Source: an uncultured Candidatus Saccharibacteria bacterium
GTDB taxonomy: Bacteria; Patescibacteriota; WWE3; UBA101185; 2-01-FULL-41-18
NCBI GenBank assembly: GCA_964636285.1
Contig: CAZWQF010000001.1
Location: 76,908-140,907 of the forward strand
Reading direction: 5' to 3'
DNA length: 64,000 nt
Positions 28,060 to 38,227 of this stretch are shown here, in pieces (the stretch's first letter is position 1; every line of letters begins with the position of its first letter). A program made the position numbers and the translations under genes. The notes beneath the pieces were generated by a model. The model saw nothing but the letters and a program-made list of their open reading frames with translations, ran no database searches and was not told the DNA's origin.

Positions 28060-28741
28060 TTCTTGACTTAACCTTTTTAAGAATTTCTTGATGGATATCT
28101 TCTATAGTTCTTAATTTGTTCTTTTTCACACAATTAATTTTAATAATGTGTTTATATTTTTTTGTTAAATAGAGATACCTACTCTCAACCTTTTTTAAGT
28201 ATGCAAAGTCTCTTTCGTGGACATCCCTTTTTTGATCTGCATACTCCCTTCCTGATCTTTTTTCTTCCATCTTACTCCAGATAAATTCAAGCGGAGCAAA
28301 CAAGAAAACAACAACATCCTCTTTTGGTATGCCAAAAATTTCATACTCAAGCTTACAGTTCCACTCCAGGTATTCGTTTACGTCTCTGTCCTCTACACTT
28401 GCCGATCTGAATGCAAGATTTGACATCATATATCTGTCAGAAATAACAGTTTTTCCGGAGTTAATCCAGTCGTATAATTGCTTTTTTGCTTCAAACCTAT
28501 CAATGGCGTAAAGTGGCGCAATCAAATAAGTGCTTACTGAGTTTTGATCTCCAAATTCTCCATTCAGATATCTTTTAACAAGTTTTCCTCCAAATGTTTG
28601 TTGGTATTGTGGGAATTTAATTGTCTCAACTTCTTTACCCTCTTCTTCAATGTACTTTTTTAGGAGTTCAAATTGTGTGCTTTTTCCAACACCATCCACA
28701 CCTTCTATTACAATAAATTTGCCTGTTTTTGGCTTTGTCAT
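28049..28741 (-). CDS. tmk: Thymidylate kinase
   Basis: FIVIEGVDGVGKST, DRY..SNLA. Confidence 0.92.
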   Translation of the reverse strand: MTKPKTGKFIVIEGVDGVGKSTQFELLKKYIEEEGKEVETIKFPQYQQTFGGKLVKRYLNGEFGDQNSVSTYLIAPLYAIDRFEAKKQLYDWINSGKTVISDRYMMSNLAFRSASVEDRDVNEYLEWNCKLEYEIFGIPKEDVVVFLFAPLEFIWSKMEEKRSGREYADQKRDVHERDFAYLKKVESRYLYLTKKYKHIIKINCVKKNKLRTIEDIHQEILKKVKSRITL

Positions 28742-29340
28742 TTTATTGAGTTGAGCTCAGCTTTTGCTTCATCAAGAGAGGGTCTAAGCATTAGAGCTTT
28801 TTCAAGGCTTTCCTTTGCTTCTTCATTCATCCCCAGTAATTTAAAGTGCTTTCCAATTGTGAGTGCTAGATCTGCATCAGTTGGAGCGAGGTTTTTTACT
28901 TGCCTCAAAAAAATTCCTGCTTGAGCCTTGTAGTTTTCATCAAATCCTTTGGAAGGATCGGTGATATCATTCAAGCTTAAAAAATAATACATTGGGATCA
29001 AGCTCTTAATGTTCACAAGATTTATTGGTTGTAGAGTGTACGAAGCTTTGAGCTCCTCGTACGCTCTTTCTTTTACTGCGCTCATTTCTTCTTCGGACAA
29101 AATTCCTGATAGGGCCAAAGACAGATACATTAGGGCTTTGTTTCTTCTGTAAGTGGGCTCCATCTGGTTTAAAGAAACTGCAGAGTTTATATATTCTCCT
29201 GCATTTACAAAGTCTCCCGTCATGAGAATCTTTTTTCCTTGAGTGCTGGATAAATCTGCAATAAAAAAATTAAATATTAGGTAGTTAAAAAGTATATAAC
29301 CAAGGATTACAATTCCTGCAAAAAACCTTTTAGTTTTCAT
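28738..29340 (-). CDS. TM-anchored TPR-like protein
   Basis: N-terminal TM, helical repeats ending LEKALMLRP; overlaps the ligase gene. Confidence 0.6.
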   Translation of the reverse strand: MKTKRFFAGIVILGYILFNYLIFNFFIADLSSTQGKKILMTGDFVNAGEYINSAVSLNQMEPTYRRNKALMYLSLALSGILSEEEMSAVKERAYEELKASYTLQPINLVNIKSLIPMYYFLSLNDITDPSKGFDENYKAQAGIFLRQVKNLAPTDADLALTIGKHFKLLGMNEEAKESLEKALMLRPSLDEAKAELNSIK

Positions 29341-30820
29341 AATCCTCCTTTTGAATTAATGCTAAGAAAATATACAAGAGCATTGAGGTCATTACTGTGT
29401 GCCATCCAAATGCATCTGTTATAAAAAGGCCTAGAATTCCCGCCTTGAGTGGTAAAGATCTTTGATTTTTGAAATTAACAAAGATTCCCTTAATGAGAAA
29501 CAAGTAGGTAAACAACCCTACTAGTCCCAGATTACATAGGATCTCAATATAGTAATTGTGAGGCTTATTAAAAACAAAGTCCCATTCGGTTGTTAAATTC
29601 ATTTCTTTAGGCCTAAACTTTAAAAATGCGTACGGAAATGTTTCAGGCCCAGATCCAATAAGTAAATTTTTAATGGAGCTTGTTGCAAGATTAAGCGACC
29701 CTCTCCACACTGTAAGTCTTATTCCCGTTGTGTCTCCAAACTTTGGCTTTTCTATTTTAGGATTTGTGCTTGGATTTGCTTCTGAATCTTCATCTTTTGA
29801 CTCACTGACCTCAGAGTTACCCGTATTGTTGGATTGTGGTTCTTTGGCTGGAGTAAGTTTTTGTGCTTCTCCTGCGTTTTCCGTGACGGCAACATAAGTT
29901 TCATAGGTTTTCTTTGGAAAGAGTTTGTTTTGTACATCATTTATTGAATCTTTTAACTTAGGCCCAAAGACCCCAGGGTTAGTTACCATTACGAGAAATG
30001 TAATTCCCGTTATGGAAATTAACTGAATTTTATTTTTCAAAATGCTCTCTTTATTAATAAAAATAAAAAATAGGAGTACGGCCCCTAGAATTCCTAGAAA
30101 CCCGGAAAACGAATAGGTGAACCACAAAGCTGAAAAGTTTAGAATTGCTAAAGCTGACAGTAGAACTTTCTTTTTCTGGTTACTCTCTTCCATCGCCCTA
30201 AACAAGACTAGAGGAATTAGCATTACCAAAAATGCCGCTAGCCAGTTTGGTTGTCCAAGCGAGGAGAACACTCTAGTTTGAGAGTCCTCTATCCAAACAT
30301 TTTTTTCTATTCCTAACCTTTGAAGTACCGCGTAAACCGAAACAGGAATTGTAGAAAATATAAGAACGTTTCCAAGTTTTAGAAACAAGTTTTCATACTT
30401 AATTTTAATTAACACTGTAAAAAGAAGTGTCCAAAGTACTATTGAAGCTAATCCTCCATTAAATCTTGTGTAGTATCCAAAAACCGAGGTATAGGGGAGT
30501 ATGGAAAACACAGCAGATATAAAGTTTGCTAAAAGAAGTAAATAAACAGCTTTCTCAAGCAGAGACTTTTTTGCTGTTATTGGCTTGAGTTCCTCCTCAA
30601 TCTTTAAATTGGTATCCTTAGGATGAAGAAGTCTTTTAACCACAAAAACCATCCCAGCTGTTGAAAAAGCAAAGTAGCTAAACATCATCTTTGGGAATTC
30701 AAAAAGTTCGTTAACGTTTTTGAAGTAAATAAGAGGCGTGAAAAACACAGCGGTGGCTATAATAAAAAAGATTGCTGTATCCTGACTTTTTACTTTCATT
30801 GACTCTTTTTTGCTTGGCAT
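29330..30820 (-). CDS. O-antigen ligase / oligosaccharyltransferase family membrane protein
   Basis: RVFSSLGQPNWLA, IRLTVW, GSGPETF, KPHNYY; multi-TM. Confidence 0.85.
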   Translation of the reverse strand: MPSKKESMKVKSQDTAIFFIIATAVFFTPLIYFKNVNELFEFPKMMFSYFAFSTAGMVFVVKRLLHPKDTNLKIEEELKPITAKKSLLEKAVYLLLLANFISAVFSILPYTSVFGYYTRFNGGLASIVLWTLLFTVLIKIKYENLFLKLGNVLIFSTIPVSVYAVLQRLGIEKNVWIEDSQTRVFSSLGQPNWLAAFLVMLIPLVLFRAMEESNQKKKVLLSALAILNFSALWFTYSFSGFLGILGAVLLFFIFINKESILKNKIQLISITGITFLVMVTNPGVFGPKLKDSINDVQNKLFPKKTYETYVAVTENAGEAQKLTPAKEPQSNNTGNSEVSESKDEDSEANPSTNPKIEKPKFGDTTGIRLTVWRGSLNLATSSIKNLLIGSGPETFPYAFLKFRPKEMNLTTEWDFVFNKPHNYYIEILCNLGLVGLFTYLFLIKGIFVNFKNQRSLPLKAGILGLFITDAFGWHTVMTSMLLYIFLALIQKEDYEN

Positions 30821-30854
30821 AGTATTATTGTTCTAATAGTAATAAAGCCTGCCT

Positions 30855-31373
30855 ATGTTTTCAAGGATACTAACAAAACTTATTGATGAAGCAATACTTC
30901 CTGCTGTGACCCTTTTGGCAACAAAAGTTGTTTCCACCATACTCCTAATTAAGTACCTGGAAATTCCTTTGGCAGATGGAACTAATTACTTTTCCGTTTA
31001 TTTTTCAAATCAGGCAGATTTTGTAAAGGTTAATTCGTATTCTACCATTTCCATGGCTGTTGTTATATTTTTAGGTGCTCTTTTGTTCCTTGTTAAGTCT
31101 AGGTTCTTTCATGAAACACATATTACTCCAGCAAATGCCACAAAGGTTGCTGGTATGGGGTTAAATAGATTTATCAAGACTTCAATGGATGTGTACTCAG
31201 AAGGAAGCATTTGGCTAATGTTCTCACTGCTCCTTTCGCTCATTTTAGGAATACAAGTGTACTACCAGATTGTGTACCCGTTATCTTTTGCTATCAGCAT
31301 GTCGGGTTCCATCTTTTTAGTGCTTATTCTGGTTTCAGATGTGGAAAGAGAGGTTACAAGAAAGTATGCATAA
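30855..31373 (+). CDS. Four-TM hypothetical membrane protein
   Basis: Hydrophobic segments; LIDEAILPA start. Confidence 0.7.
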   Translation: MFSRILTKLIDEAILPAVTLLATKVVSTILLIKYLEIPLADGTNYFSVYFSNQADFVKVNSYSTISMAVVIFLGALLFLVKSRFFHETHITPANATKVAGMGLNRFIKTSMDVYSEGSIWLMFSLLLSLILGIQVYYQIVYPLSFAISMSGSIFLVLILVSDVEREVTRKYA

Positions 31374-31848
31374 GAAGATTGGAAAATATTGGTTTAATTT
31401 TAGCGCACTTCTCATGCTTTCAGGGCTTTTTGCGCTGCCATTTTTTTCGTTTGCAAAATACAACGCACCTGTTTTAAGCCGGGATTCTGAGTCTGTGCTT
31501 TCCGCAACATCACAAACCAAGGTTTTTTCAAATGTAGTATATTCAGAAGTTGTAGAAGCAACTTTTAGCCAAAAAGAAAGAAACAGAAGTTTTGATCCTT
31601 TAACCAAAATTAAAAATGCTGAAAATAAGTCTAAAGAATACAGACTTGTTATCAAAGAGGTCTTGGAGAACGAACAAAACACAAAAGAAGCCAGCAAATC
31701 CTTTGATGCAGTGTCCTACTTTACGGTTAACGGTAAAGAGACAGCAGTATTAAACCCGAATGAAGTCACAGATGTTGTTTTGGAAGTTGATAGAAAAGCA
31801 GAAAAAAGAGCTACAAAGTTTTTAGTCCTCATTCTTTCAGAAAATTAA
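31366..31848 (+). CDS. Hypothetical exported protein
   Basis: N-terminal hydrophobic segment; overlaps the stop of the previous gene. Confidence 0.65.
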   Translation: MHKKIGKYWFNFSALLMLSGLFALPFFSFAKYNAPVLSRDSESVLSATSQTKVFSNVVYSEVVEATFSQKERNRSFDPLTKIKNAENKSKEYRLVIKEVLENEQNTKEASKSFDAVSYFTVNGKETAVLNPNEVTDVVLEVDRKAEKRATKFLVLILSEN

Positions 31849-31856
31849 AAAAATCA

Positions 31857-31901
31857 GCGCCACCACAACCTCACACACATAGCGTAAAGTCATGGCGGCG
31901 C
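31857..31901 (-). terminator. 3' hairpin / terminator of the 98-aa orphan
   Basis: Sense GCGCCGCCAUGAC / GUUGUGGUGGCGC with three G-U pairs, then a U tract. Confidence 0.75.
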
Positions 31902-31915
31902 CATTTGAGGCGGTC

Positions 31916-32212
31916 TCAGAAGAAGTGATTAAGCAACCTTTCCGTTGGCACTAGTGTGTCTCCTTCGAGGGTGAAGAAACCAGCCTCAGCAAGTAGTTTG
32001 AACCCGTTGATAACAGCGTTTCTGTTAGTCCACTTATTTGCGCTCGGATGGTTAGCATACTCTGCTGGACTTGCACTAAACACTGTCATCACACCTTCGG
32101 CCAAGAACAGCCCTTCCAAAAACTTGAACGCTACAGTCATATCTCCTTTATGTATGCCGAACGGAAGGTTGATTCCATGCCCTGAAATTCCAGATTTAAC
32201 TCCTGCAACCAT
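31916..32212 (-). CDS. Orphan protein (98 aa, possible winged-helix-like C-terminus)
   Basis: TTGATT-17-TACTAT promoter, SD AGGAGG, 3' hairpin. Confidence 0.7.
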   Translation of the reverse strand: MVAGVKSGISGHGINLPFGIHKGDMTVAFKFLEGLFLAEGVMTVFSASPAEYANHPSANKWTNRNAVINGFKLLAEAGFFTLEGDTLVPTERLLNHFF

Positions 32213-32281
32213 AAGTCCCTCCTATAGGGTTTTCTATGCGGATAGTATCAACTGCAAATATGAAAATCAATTATTTTGTTG

Positions 32282-33235
32282 TTAATTTGTGGATTGAAGG
32301 CCGTAGACAATAATTATAATTGTGGAAACCCAAACAATAAGAGTGTTTAAAAGAGGAACATCAGATAAAAGAACACGCTCGGGGGATTCGCCCTCTTTCT
32401 TTTCGTAAACAACATAGAGATACCTTGCAACGCCGTATATGACCACAGGGATTGTTAACATCATCCACTTTGGAGTATTTAAGGTTGACGGCAGAATTCC
32501 TGCCAAATCGTCAGTTGTAGTTGTTTGTGTTTGAAATGCAAAAAGCGAATAGGAAACCACTGCGAACGTTGCAGAAAGCGAGATCATACTATCAAGTAGG
32601 TTGTCCGGATAATGTTTTAGTGTGTCTCTGGTCTCCAAAGCAACATGTTTTGCGCTAAGTAGGGTTCGTTCTGACCTTCTCTTTCCAAACGCCAAAAGTA
32701 ATGAGAGTCCAATAACTGAAAGTATTAGCCAAGAAGAAATTGGAATCGAAGTAGCAAAGGCGCCAGCAAAAACTCTAATAACAAATCCGCTTGCCACAAC
32801 AAGAGCGTCAAGAATGATCACATTTCTAATAACAAGAGAATATAGAATCTGAATAGCAAAATATACAATTATAGTTAGTGCAAAAAACCTTCCTACTTTT
32901 GCTCTTGCAAGAATTATTGCTCCAGTAACAAGACAAAAAGCAAGTATCATGGCAAATTTGTCGGAGATAAAGCCTCCTGCAACAGGTCTATTCTTTTTTA
33001 CTGGGTGAAGTCTATCTTTTGGAGCATCAAGCACATCATTGATAAGGTAGGTGCCTGCAGAGAGCATTGTAAAAATCAACGCTGCCTTTGTTGTCATTTT
33101 GAAAACATCAATTTCAAACAGATTTCCCCAAAAAAGTGGGGCTGCGTAGACACTGAGGTTTTTTAGCCATTGTCTTGGTCTAAGTGCCCTCAGCACATGA
33201 TAGATTTTGAGGGTTTTAAGCTGGCTAAGCTTCAT
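32282..33235 (-). CDS. UbiA-family decaprenyl-phosphate phosphoribosyltransferase-like protein
   Basis: LRPRQWLKN, YLINDVLD..DRLHPVKKNRP, GKRRSE, GESPE. Confidence 0.88.
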   Translation of the reverse strand: MKLSQLKTLKIYHVLRALRPRQWLKNLSVYAAPLFWGNLFEIDVFKMTTKAALIFTMLSAGTYLINDVLDAPKDRLHPVKKNRPVAGGFISDKFAMILAFCLVTGAIILARAKVGRFFALTIIVYFAIQILYSLVIRNVIILDALVVASGFVIRVFAGAFATSIPISSWLILSVIGLSLLLAFGKRRSERTLLSAKHVALETRDTLKHYPDNLLDSMISLSATFAVVSYSLFAFQTQTTTTDDLAGILPSTLNTPKWMMLTIPVVIYGVARYLYVVYEKKEGESPERVLLSDVPLLNTLIVWVSTIIIIVYGLQSTN

Positions 33236-33303
33236 GCAATAACATTAACACAAAAGTAGGTTTTCAGAAATTTAGAGTAGCTTGCACCAAGATTGGAGAA
33301 ATA

Positions 33304-33332
33304 GGAAGCCCCAAAGGGGATTTGGGGCTTCC
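33304..33332 (-). terminator. Perfect 12-bp hairpin terminator
   Basis: GGAAGCCCCAAA / TTTGGGGCTTCC. Confidence 0.8.
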
Positions 33333-33337
33333 GCTGA

Positions 33338-33841
33338 TTAATCCTGATTCCTCATCCTTTTTTTAGCTCTTATGTACCTAGCCAATCTTGCATATTCATC
33401 TTCCTGGCTTCTTACAACTCTGGTTTTTGTTTGGTTGCGTTCCCGCTTTTCCGCTTCTGCTCTACCAATAATCTTTGTGACGAGCTCAACAACGCAAATA
33501 ACCCAAAAGATAGCCAATGCGGCTATCAAAAGTGGGTACATGTCAATGCCACTCAGTAGAAGCAGGATGTACATGCCCATGGTAAAAAAAGCAACCGCTC
33601 CAAAAAAGCTGAATACCGAATCCATTAATGAGCTCCTCTGCTTTTTGTGCTCCTCTGAGATGTCTAAATACAAACCGATCCCAAGAAGTGCCATTCCTCC
33701 GATAGTAGCCGTAATTGCAAATAATCCAACAAGCGTAATGTCAACATAGCCTGCCAAAAATCTTGCAAGCTGAGCTAGTTCCATGAAAGAAATTCCAAGA
33801 AAGAAGCACAAGCTGGATTTGATGCTGTTTTCGCTAGTCAT
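33338..33841 (-). CDS. Four-TM orphan membrane protein with basic C-tail
   Basis: TATAAT, SD GAAAGG, ATG 33841; 3' hairpin. Confidence 0.7.
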   Translation of the reverse strand: MTSENSIKSSLCFFLGISFMELAQLARFLAGYVDITLVGLFAITATIGGMALLGIGLYLDISEEHKKQRSSLMDSVFSFFGAVAFFTMGMYILLLLSGIDMYPLLIAALAIFWVICVVELVTKIIGRAEAEKRERNQTKTRVVRSQEDEYARLARYIRAKKRMRNQD

Positions 33842-33972
33842 CTTGGTAGCCTTTCTAGTGTTTTTTTGATTATACAAGTAAGATCAGCGCTTTAGCTATA
33901 GGATTAGGTATTCCTTGTTACTTAGTTAGTATTTTGCATCACGCAAATCTTTGAGCTATATTTATAAACACT

Positions 33973-34452
33973 ATGTTATTAACCCCACACACTTTTGTAG
34001 GTACGGCAATCGCAACTTCGGTTCCAAATATTTTTATTTCGGTTCCACTTTCGTTTTTAATGCACCTTCTTGGCGATAAAGTTCCGCACTGGGATTTTTT
34101 TACCGGAACAAAAGTAGAGGATAGACGAAAAGGGTGGAGGCTTATTGGAGTGATGCTTGATCTTGCAGTTGGGGTTGCTGTAGGGATGTTTTTTACACTT
34201 CATGCTCTTTGGGTTCAGCACAACTCATACCTTGCACTTAATATTTTTCTTTGTGGCCTTGCTTCAAACTTGCCAGACGCTATTGAAGTTCCAAGGTCAT
34301 ATTTTGATTCAAAAAATCCTTTTGTGATGTTTATGTATAGAATTCAACACGCTATGCAGTTTAGAGCTGATCTTCCTTGGGGAGTTATTTCTCAGCTTTT
34401 TGTTGTTTTAGTTTGCCTAGCTCTCCTTTCAGGTTCACTGCTACAAGGATAA
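33973..34452 (+). CDS. Membrane metal-dependent hydrolase-like protein (YdjM-like)
   Basis: PHTFVG, HLLGDKVPHWD, LPD, QH within TM helices. Confidence 0.55.
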   Translation: MLLTPHTFVGTAIATSVPNIFISVPLSFLMHLLGDKVPHWDFFTGTKVEDRRKGWRLIGVMLDLAVGVAVGMFFTLHALWVQHNSYLALNIFLCGLASNLPDAIEVPRSYFDSKNPFVMFMYRIQHAMQFRADLPWGVISQLFVVLVCLALLSGSLLQG

Positions 34453-35878
34453 AGGCAACAATTCCACTAATGGTTAATAAAGCAAGAATCTTTTCTCTTC
34501 CAGAAGAAATTAACGCTACCGCGCCAAATATGATTGTCAGGATCCAGTAAAAGATTGCAACGCTCTGCTGTGAAAATCCCATATCAATTAATCTGTGATG
34601 AAAGTGCCCTCTGTCTCCCCAAACAGGAGATTTTTTTTGAATAAGCCTTCTTACAATAGTAATTATTGCATCAAGAGTTGGAACAATTAGTACCAGAGTT
34701 GCAGCTGCAACCTTAGTCCCTGCCATTATTGAGAGCATTGCAATCACAAGTCCCATTGTTGTAGCGCCAAATCCCCACATTATTTTAGATGGATGCCAGT
34801 TAAATGGAAGAATTCCAATTGCCGCACCTCCTGCAACCACAGCAAGTTTTGCTATCTCAATTTGAGCTGGATCAATTTTTAATAGTCTTAACGAAAGAGC
34901 GGCAATAATTAAGCACGAAATAGCCGTCATCCCACTGTACTGACCATCTACAGCATTAGACCAGGAAAGCATGTTCATCACCCACATAATCCAAATAACA
35001 GTAAAAAGATCGGCTAACGGGATAAAAGTGAATGTAGTTTCAAAAATCTTGAATGTGTATTGCCATAAATCTAGCCTCATAATTCCATCAAACGGGTTCG
35101 CAAAAAAAAGTATCCTTGCGTTTGAAAGCATTAAAGTAACCAAAATAATTAACGGGAGCATGACTAGTCTAAAGTAAGGGTTCAAATTTTTTTTATCGTC
35201 AGCAATGCTAAGAAAGGTAGTTAAGAACCCTCCAATTAAAAGCCCAAATACTGGCCTTGCTGGAGGTACAAAAATAAGTCCTAAAACCAAAAAAGTTATA
35301 AAGAACGGTAAGCCTCCTGCTCTAGCTGAAGGTCCTTTAAGAATCATTCCTGGATGTGAGTGCACTGCTGGGTCTGTTACAAGGCCAAACTTTTTTGCAA
35401 GTTTTATGGTTGGTGGAACTAGAGCTGCACAAAATAAAATGCTGAAAATAAATAGCGGTATTAACTCTACAGCAGATGACGGTACAAGTTGCTGATATGG
35501 AGAACTTGCTTTATGCACAATTCTTGCAAGAGCTATTGTTAAAAACGTTGTAGACACTGTGAGCAGGGTCAAGGTAGTGAAGACTCCTTCCTTATTTTTT
35601 TCTTTTGTTAATGAATTAACAATAAAGAAAGATGCAAGTACCGTTGAGATTGAAATTATTGGAATTAAAAATATGCTGGACGAAGGAGCGAGCTGATAAT
35701 CTCCCCAAGAATTTGTATACCAAAGAGGTACTTGTGGGTTAAGTGCTGGAAATCTATAAAAGGTGTACGCAAAAAGAAGAACTGAAAAAAATAAATTTAA
35801 CGCAAGCACCGCCGCGGCATTTTTATCTGCTGTAACTTCTGTATAGATTGTTTTAAAGAAACCTTGTTTTTTGCTCAT
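34385..35878 (-). CDS. WecA/TagO-like polyprenyl-phosphate HexNAc-1-P transferase with extra N-terminal 3-TM module
   Basis: ADD, NMLSWSNAVDG, FNWHPSKI, DRGHFHHRL; N-terminal QVPLWYTNSWG. Confidence 0.85.
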   Translation of the reverse strand: MSKKQGFFKTIYTEVTADKNAAAVLALNLFFSVLLFAYTFYRFPALNPQVPLWYTNSWGDYQLAPSSSIFLIPIISISTVLASFFIVNSLTKEKNKEGVFTTLTLLTVSTTFLTIALARIVHKASSPYQQLVPSSAVELIPLFIFSILFCAALVPPTIKLAKKFGLVTDPAVHSHPGMILKGPSARAGGLPFFITFLVLGLIFVPPARPVFGLLIGGFLTTFLSIADDKKNLNPYFRLVMLPLIILVTLMLSNARILFFANPFDGIMRLDLWQYTFKIFETTFTFIPLADLFTVIWIMWVMNMLSWSNAVDGQYSGMTAISCLIIAALSLRLLKIDPAQIEIAKLAVVAGGAAIGILPFNWHPSKIMWGFGATTMGLVIAMLSIMAGTKVAAATLVLIVPTLDAIITIVRRLIQKKSPVWGDRGHFHHRLIDMGFSQQSVAIFYWILTIIFGAVALISSGREKILALLTISGIVAFILVAVNLKGELGKLKQQKAEK

Positions 35879-37407
35879 CTGTATTTTGGAGTAAAGTGCA
35901 GGCTCTTATATCTCTTTCCAAACATCATTTTGGTCTCAGCTTCAAGGAAAGGTATGAACGAAAAAGTTAAGAGGTTTATAAAAATAAGAGGACCTTCACA
36001 GAGAATTATAATTTTTCTCCACCATGGCATTGTTCTTGGAAATGGTGCTGCAAGTTTTTTCCTTAATATTGAAAAGGGGATCATGAAAAGAAGTCCAATT
36101 GTAAGAATCAAGCTCATTGTATTCGGAAGTCTGTAGGCTATTGTTGTTTGTCTAACGCTTTCGTTTACAAGAGTCATGATTCCAAAACCAAAAGTCATAA
36201 GAAAAACTATAGTCCTCATTATCAAGTGCCTCTCAATTTTTGCGTACATCCACATTAATTTTGTTCCAAGTGGGATGCCTTTTTCTCTTACAAATCCACT
36301 TAATGCAAGCTGGGTTGTAACGCTTCCCCAGCCCCACCTCACAAGTTGCTTGTAAAGGCTTACATGTGCTTTAAGGAATGTTTGACCGTGCACTGCATCT
36401 GAGGAGTTAGGTGTGTAGAAAACAACTGCTTTGAAGTCTCCTTTTCGTGCAAAAAAAGCTCTCCAGTAGAAAACAGTGTCATCAATTAATGTCACATCCC
36501 AAAAATTTGCTGCAATTAAAGTATCTAAAGATGCTGAATAGCACGAGAAAGTTTCCTGCGTGTCCTGGTTTATTGTCCAAGAACCAAGTGCGCCAAGCGT
36601 TATACTGTTGGCTTCAATTCTCATCATTGGGTGGACATCCCAAATATTGTTATCAAATAAGAACAGTGCTGTTGAGTAGAACCTATTATCTCTTTTTGGA
36701 CATGTTAAATAGGCGTAAGTAAGTCTTGAAATGAACTCTTTATGGATGATTGTGTCAGCATCAAAAGTTGTGAATATAAAGTTTCTTAAGTTCTCTCCTT
36801 TGGATTTCAGTTCTTCAATCGCGTGTGTTGCACCCCAAGTTCTATTTCCTGCACCGCCTCCAATGAGTTCACCAGGAATTCCTGCTGGATGGACATAAAA
36901 TAAAATGTTTGGAATCTGCTCTTTATACCTCTCCCTTAAAATGCTTATGGACTCTCCAACGGATGCAGCGCCTCTTTCTTCACAAGACACGGCAACAAAC
37001 ATGTTCTGTTTGAGTTCAAAACTTTGCTCCGACAAAGCTTTAAAAGTTTGATCTAAAACGCCAAGAGGTTCGTTTACGGTTGGGACTAAGATCAAGTGTT
37101 TTGTAGCAGTTAAGCCTTCAGGTCTTGTAGATGGCTCTGGGAGTTTTTCAAAGTCTAAATCTTTGCATTTTTGGTTCCAGTCAGTTGAGGTCTCTTTTTT
37201 GAATCTGTAGTAGCCAATAAGTGCTCCCGTTGAAGTCATGAAAGCCATAAAGACCCAATATATAGAGAAGAACGCAAGCATGATGGCTACAATTTGAGGA
37301 GCAATAAGTCCTAGCCAAATTGGCGAAAGGAGCATTAACCATGTACCAAAGCCCGGTAAGAACTCAAAAATCCTGTCCAAAAATGGTTTTTTAGGAGAAT
37401 CTGACAT
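35875..37407 (-). CDS. Membrane GT2-family glycosyltransferase
   Basis: VPTVNE, TTFDAD, IDD, YKQLVRWGWG (QxxRW). Confidence 0.85.
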   Translation of the reverse strand: MSDSPKKPFLDRIFEFLPGFGTWLMLLSPIWLGLIAPQIVAIMLAFFSIYWVFMAFMTSTGALIGYYRFKKETSTDWNQKCKDLDFEKLPEPSTRPEGLTATKHLILVPTVNEPLGVLDQTFKALSEQSFELKQNMFVAVSCEERGAASVGESISILRERYKEQIPNILFYVHPAGIPGELIGGGAGNRTWGATHAIEELKSKGENLRNFIFTTFDADTIIHKEFISRLTYAYLTCPKRDNRFYSTALFLFDNNIWDVHPMMRIEANSITLGALGSWTINQDTQETFSCYSASLDTLIAANFWDVTLIDDTVFYWRAFFARKGDFKAVVFYTPNSSDAVHGQTFLKAHVSLYKQLVRWGWGSVTTQLALSGFVREKGIPLGTKLMWMYAKIERHLIMRTIVFLMTFGFGIMTLVNESVRQTTIAYRLPNTMSLILTIGLLFMIPFSILRKKLAAPFPRTMPWWRKIIILCEGPLIFINLLTFSFIPFLEAETKMMFGKRYKSLHFTPKYR

Positions 37408-37411
37408 ATTT

Positions 37412-38191
37412 TTAGTTTAAGCTAAAAAGTGTTGAGGCATTTTTGGTTGTTATTTTGGCTACTTCTTCTACGCTTATGCCCCAAATTTCAGCTAGTTTCT
37501 CAGCAACAATTCTAACATTTTTGGGTTCGTTGCGCTTTCCTCTCTCAGTCTGAGGCGGAAGGTAGGGAGCGTCGGTCTCAATTAACACTTTTTCTCTTGG
37601 TATGTTCTTTGCTACTTCAACAAGGTGTTTTGCCGAAGGGTACGTAATAATAGCTGTAAAAGATATGTAAAAACCAAGGTCAATCACTTTTTTTGCTAAT
37701 TCAAGATTCTGTGTAAAGCAGTGGAAAACGCCTCTTAGTTTTTGAGTTTCTTTGTACCTTGAAAGCTCAAAAATGGTGTCTTCATCAGCCTCTCTATTGT
37801 GGATTACAACTGGTAGTCCTAGCTGAACTGCAAGGCCGAGCTGTTTTCTAAAAAGCTCTTTTTGAACTTCTTTTGAGTTTGTTTCTGGCTTATCCATGTT
37901 TGTGTAATCAAGTCCGCATTCGCCAATTGCTACTACTTTTTTGTTTGCTGATAGTTCTTCAAGTTCCAGTCTAAAATCAGAGTTTGGGACAGACTCATGA
38001 GGATAAATTCCTATTACTGCATAAACTTCAGGGAATTTTTCAGCTATTTTTATGGCTTCTTTGCTGTCATCAAGTGATGTGCCAATGCAAATTAATTTTT
38101 TTACCCCTGAATCTGTAGCATTTTTAATAACCTGGTCAATATCGTCTATATATTTTTCATCCTGAAGGTGGCAATGCGAATCAATAATCAT
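37412..38191 (-). CDS. tatD: TatD family nuclease
   Basis: IDSHCH, AIGECGLDY, IHNR, HCF, ETDAPYL. Confidence 0.95.
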   Translation of the reverse strand: MIIDSHCHLQDEKYIDDIDQVIKNATDSGVKKLICIGTSLDDSKEAIKIAEKFPEVYAVIGIYPHESVPNSDFRLELEELSANKKVVAIGECGLDYTNMDKPETNSKEVQKELFRKQLGLAVQLGLPVVIHNREADEDTIFELSRYKETQKLRGVFHCFTQNLELAKKVIDLGFYISFTAIITYPSAKHLVEVAKNIPREKVLIETDAPYLPPQTERGKRNEPKNVRIVAEKLAEIWGISVEEVAKITTKNASTLFSLN

Positions 38192-38227
38192 GAAAAAATC
38201 ATATCACAGGGTGGTATAATCTGTGCC

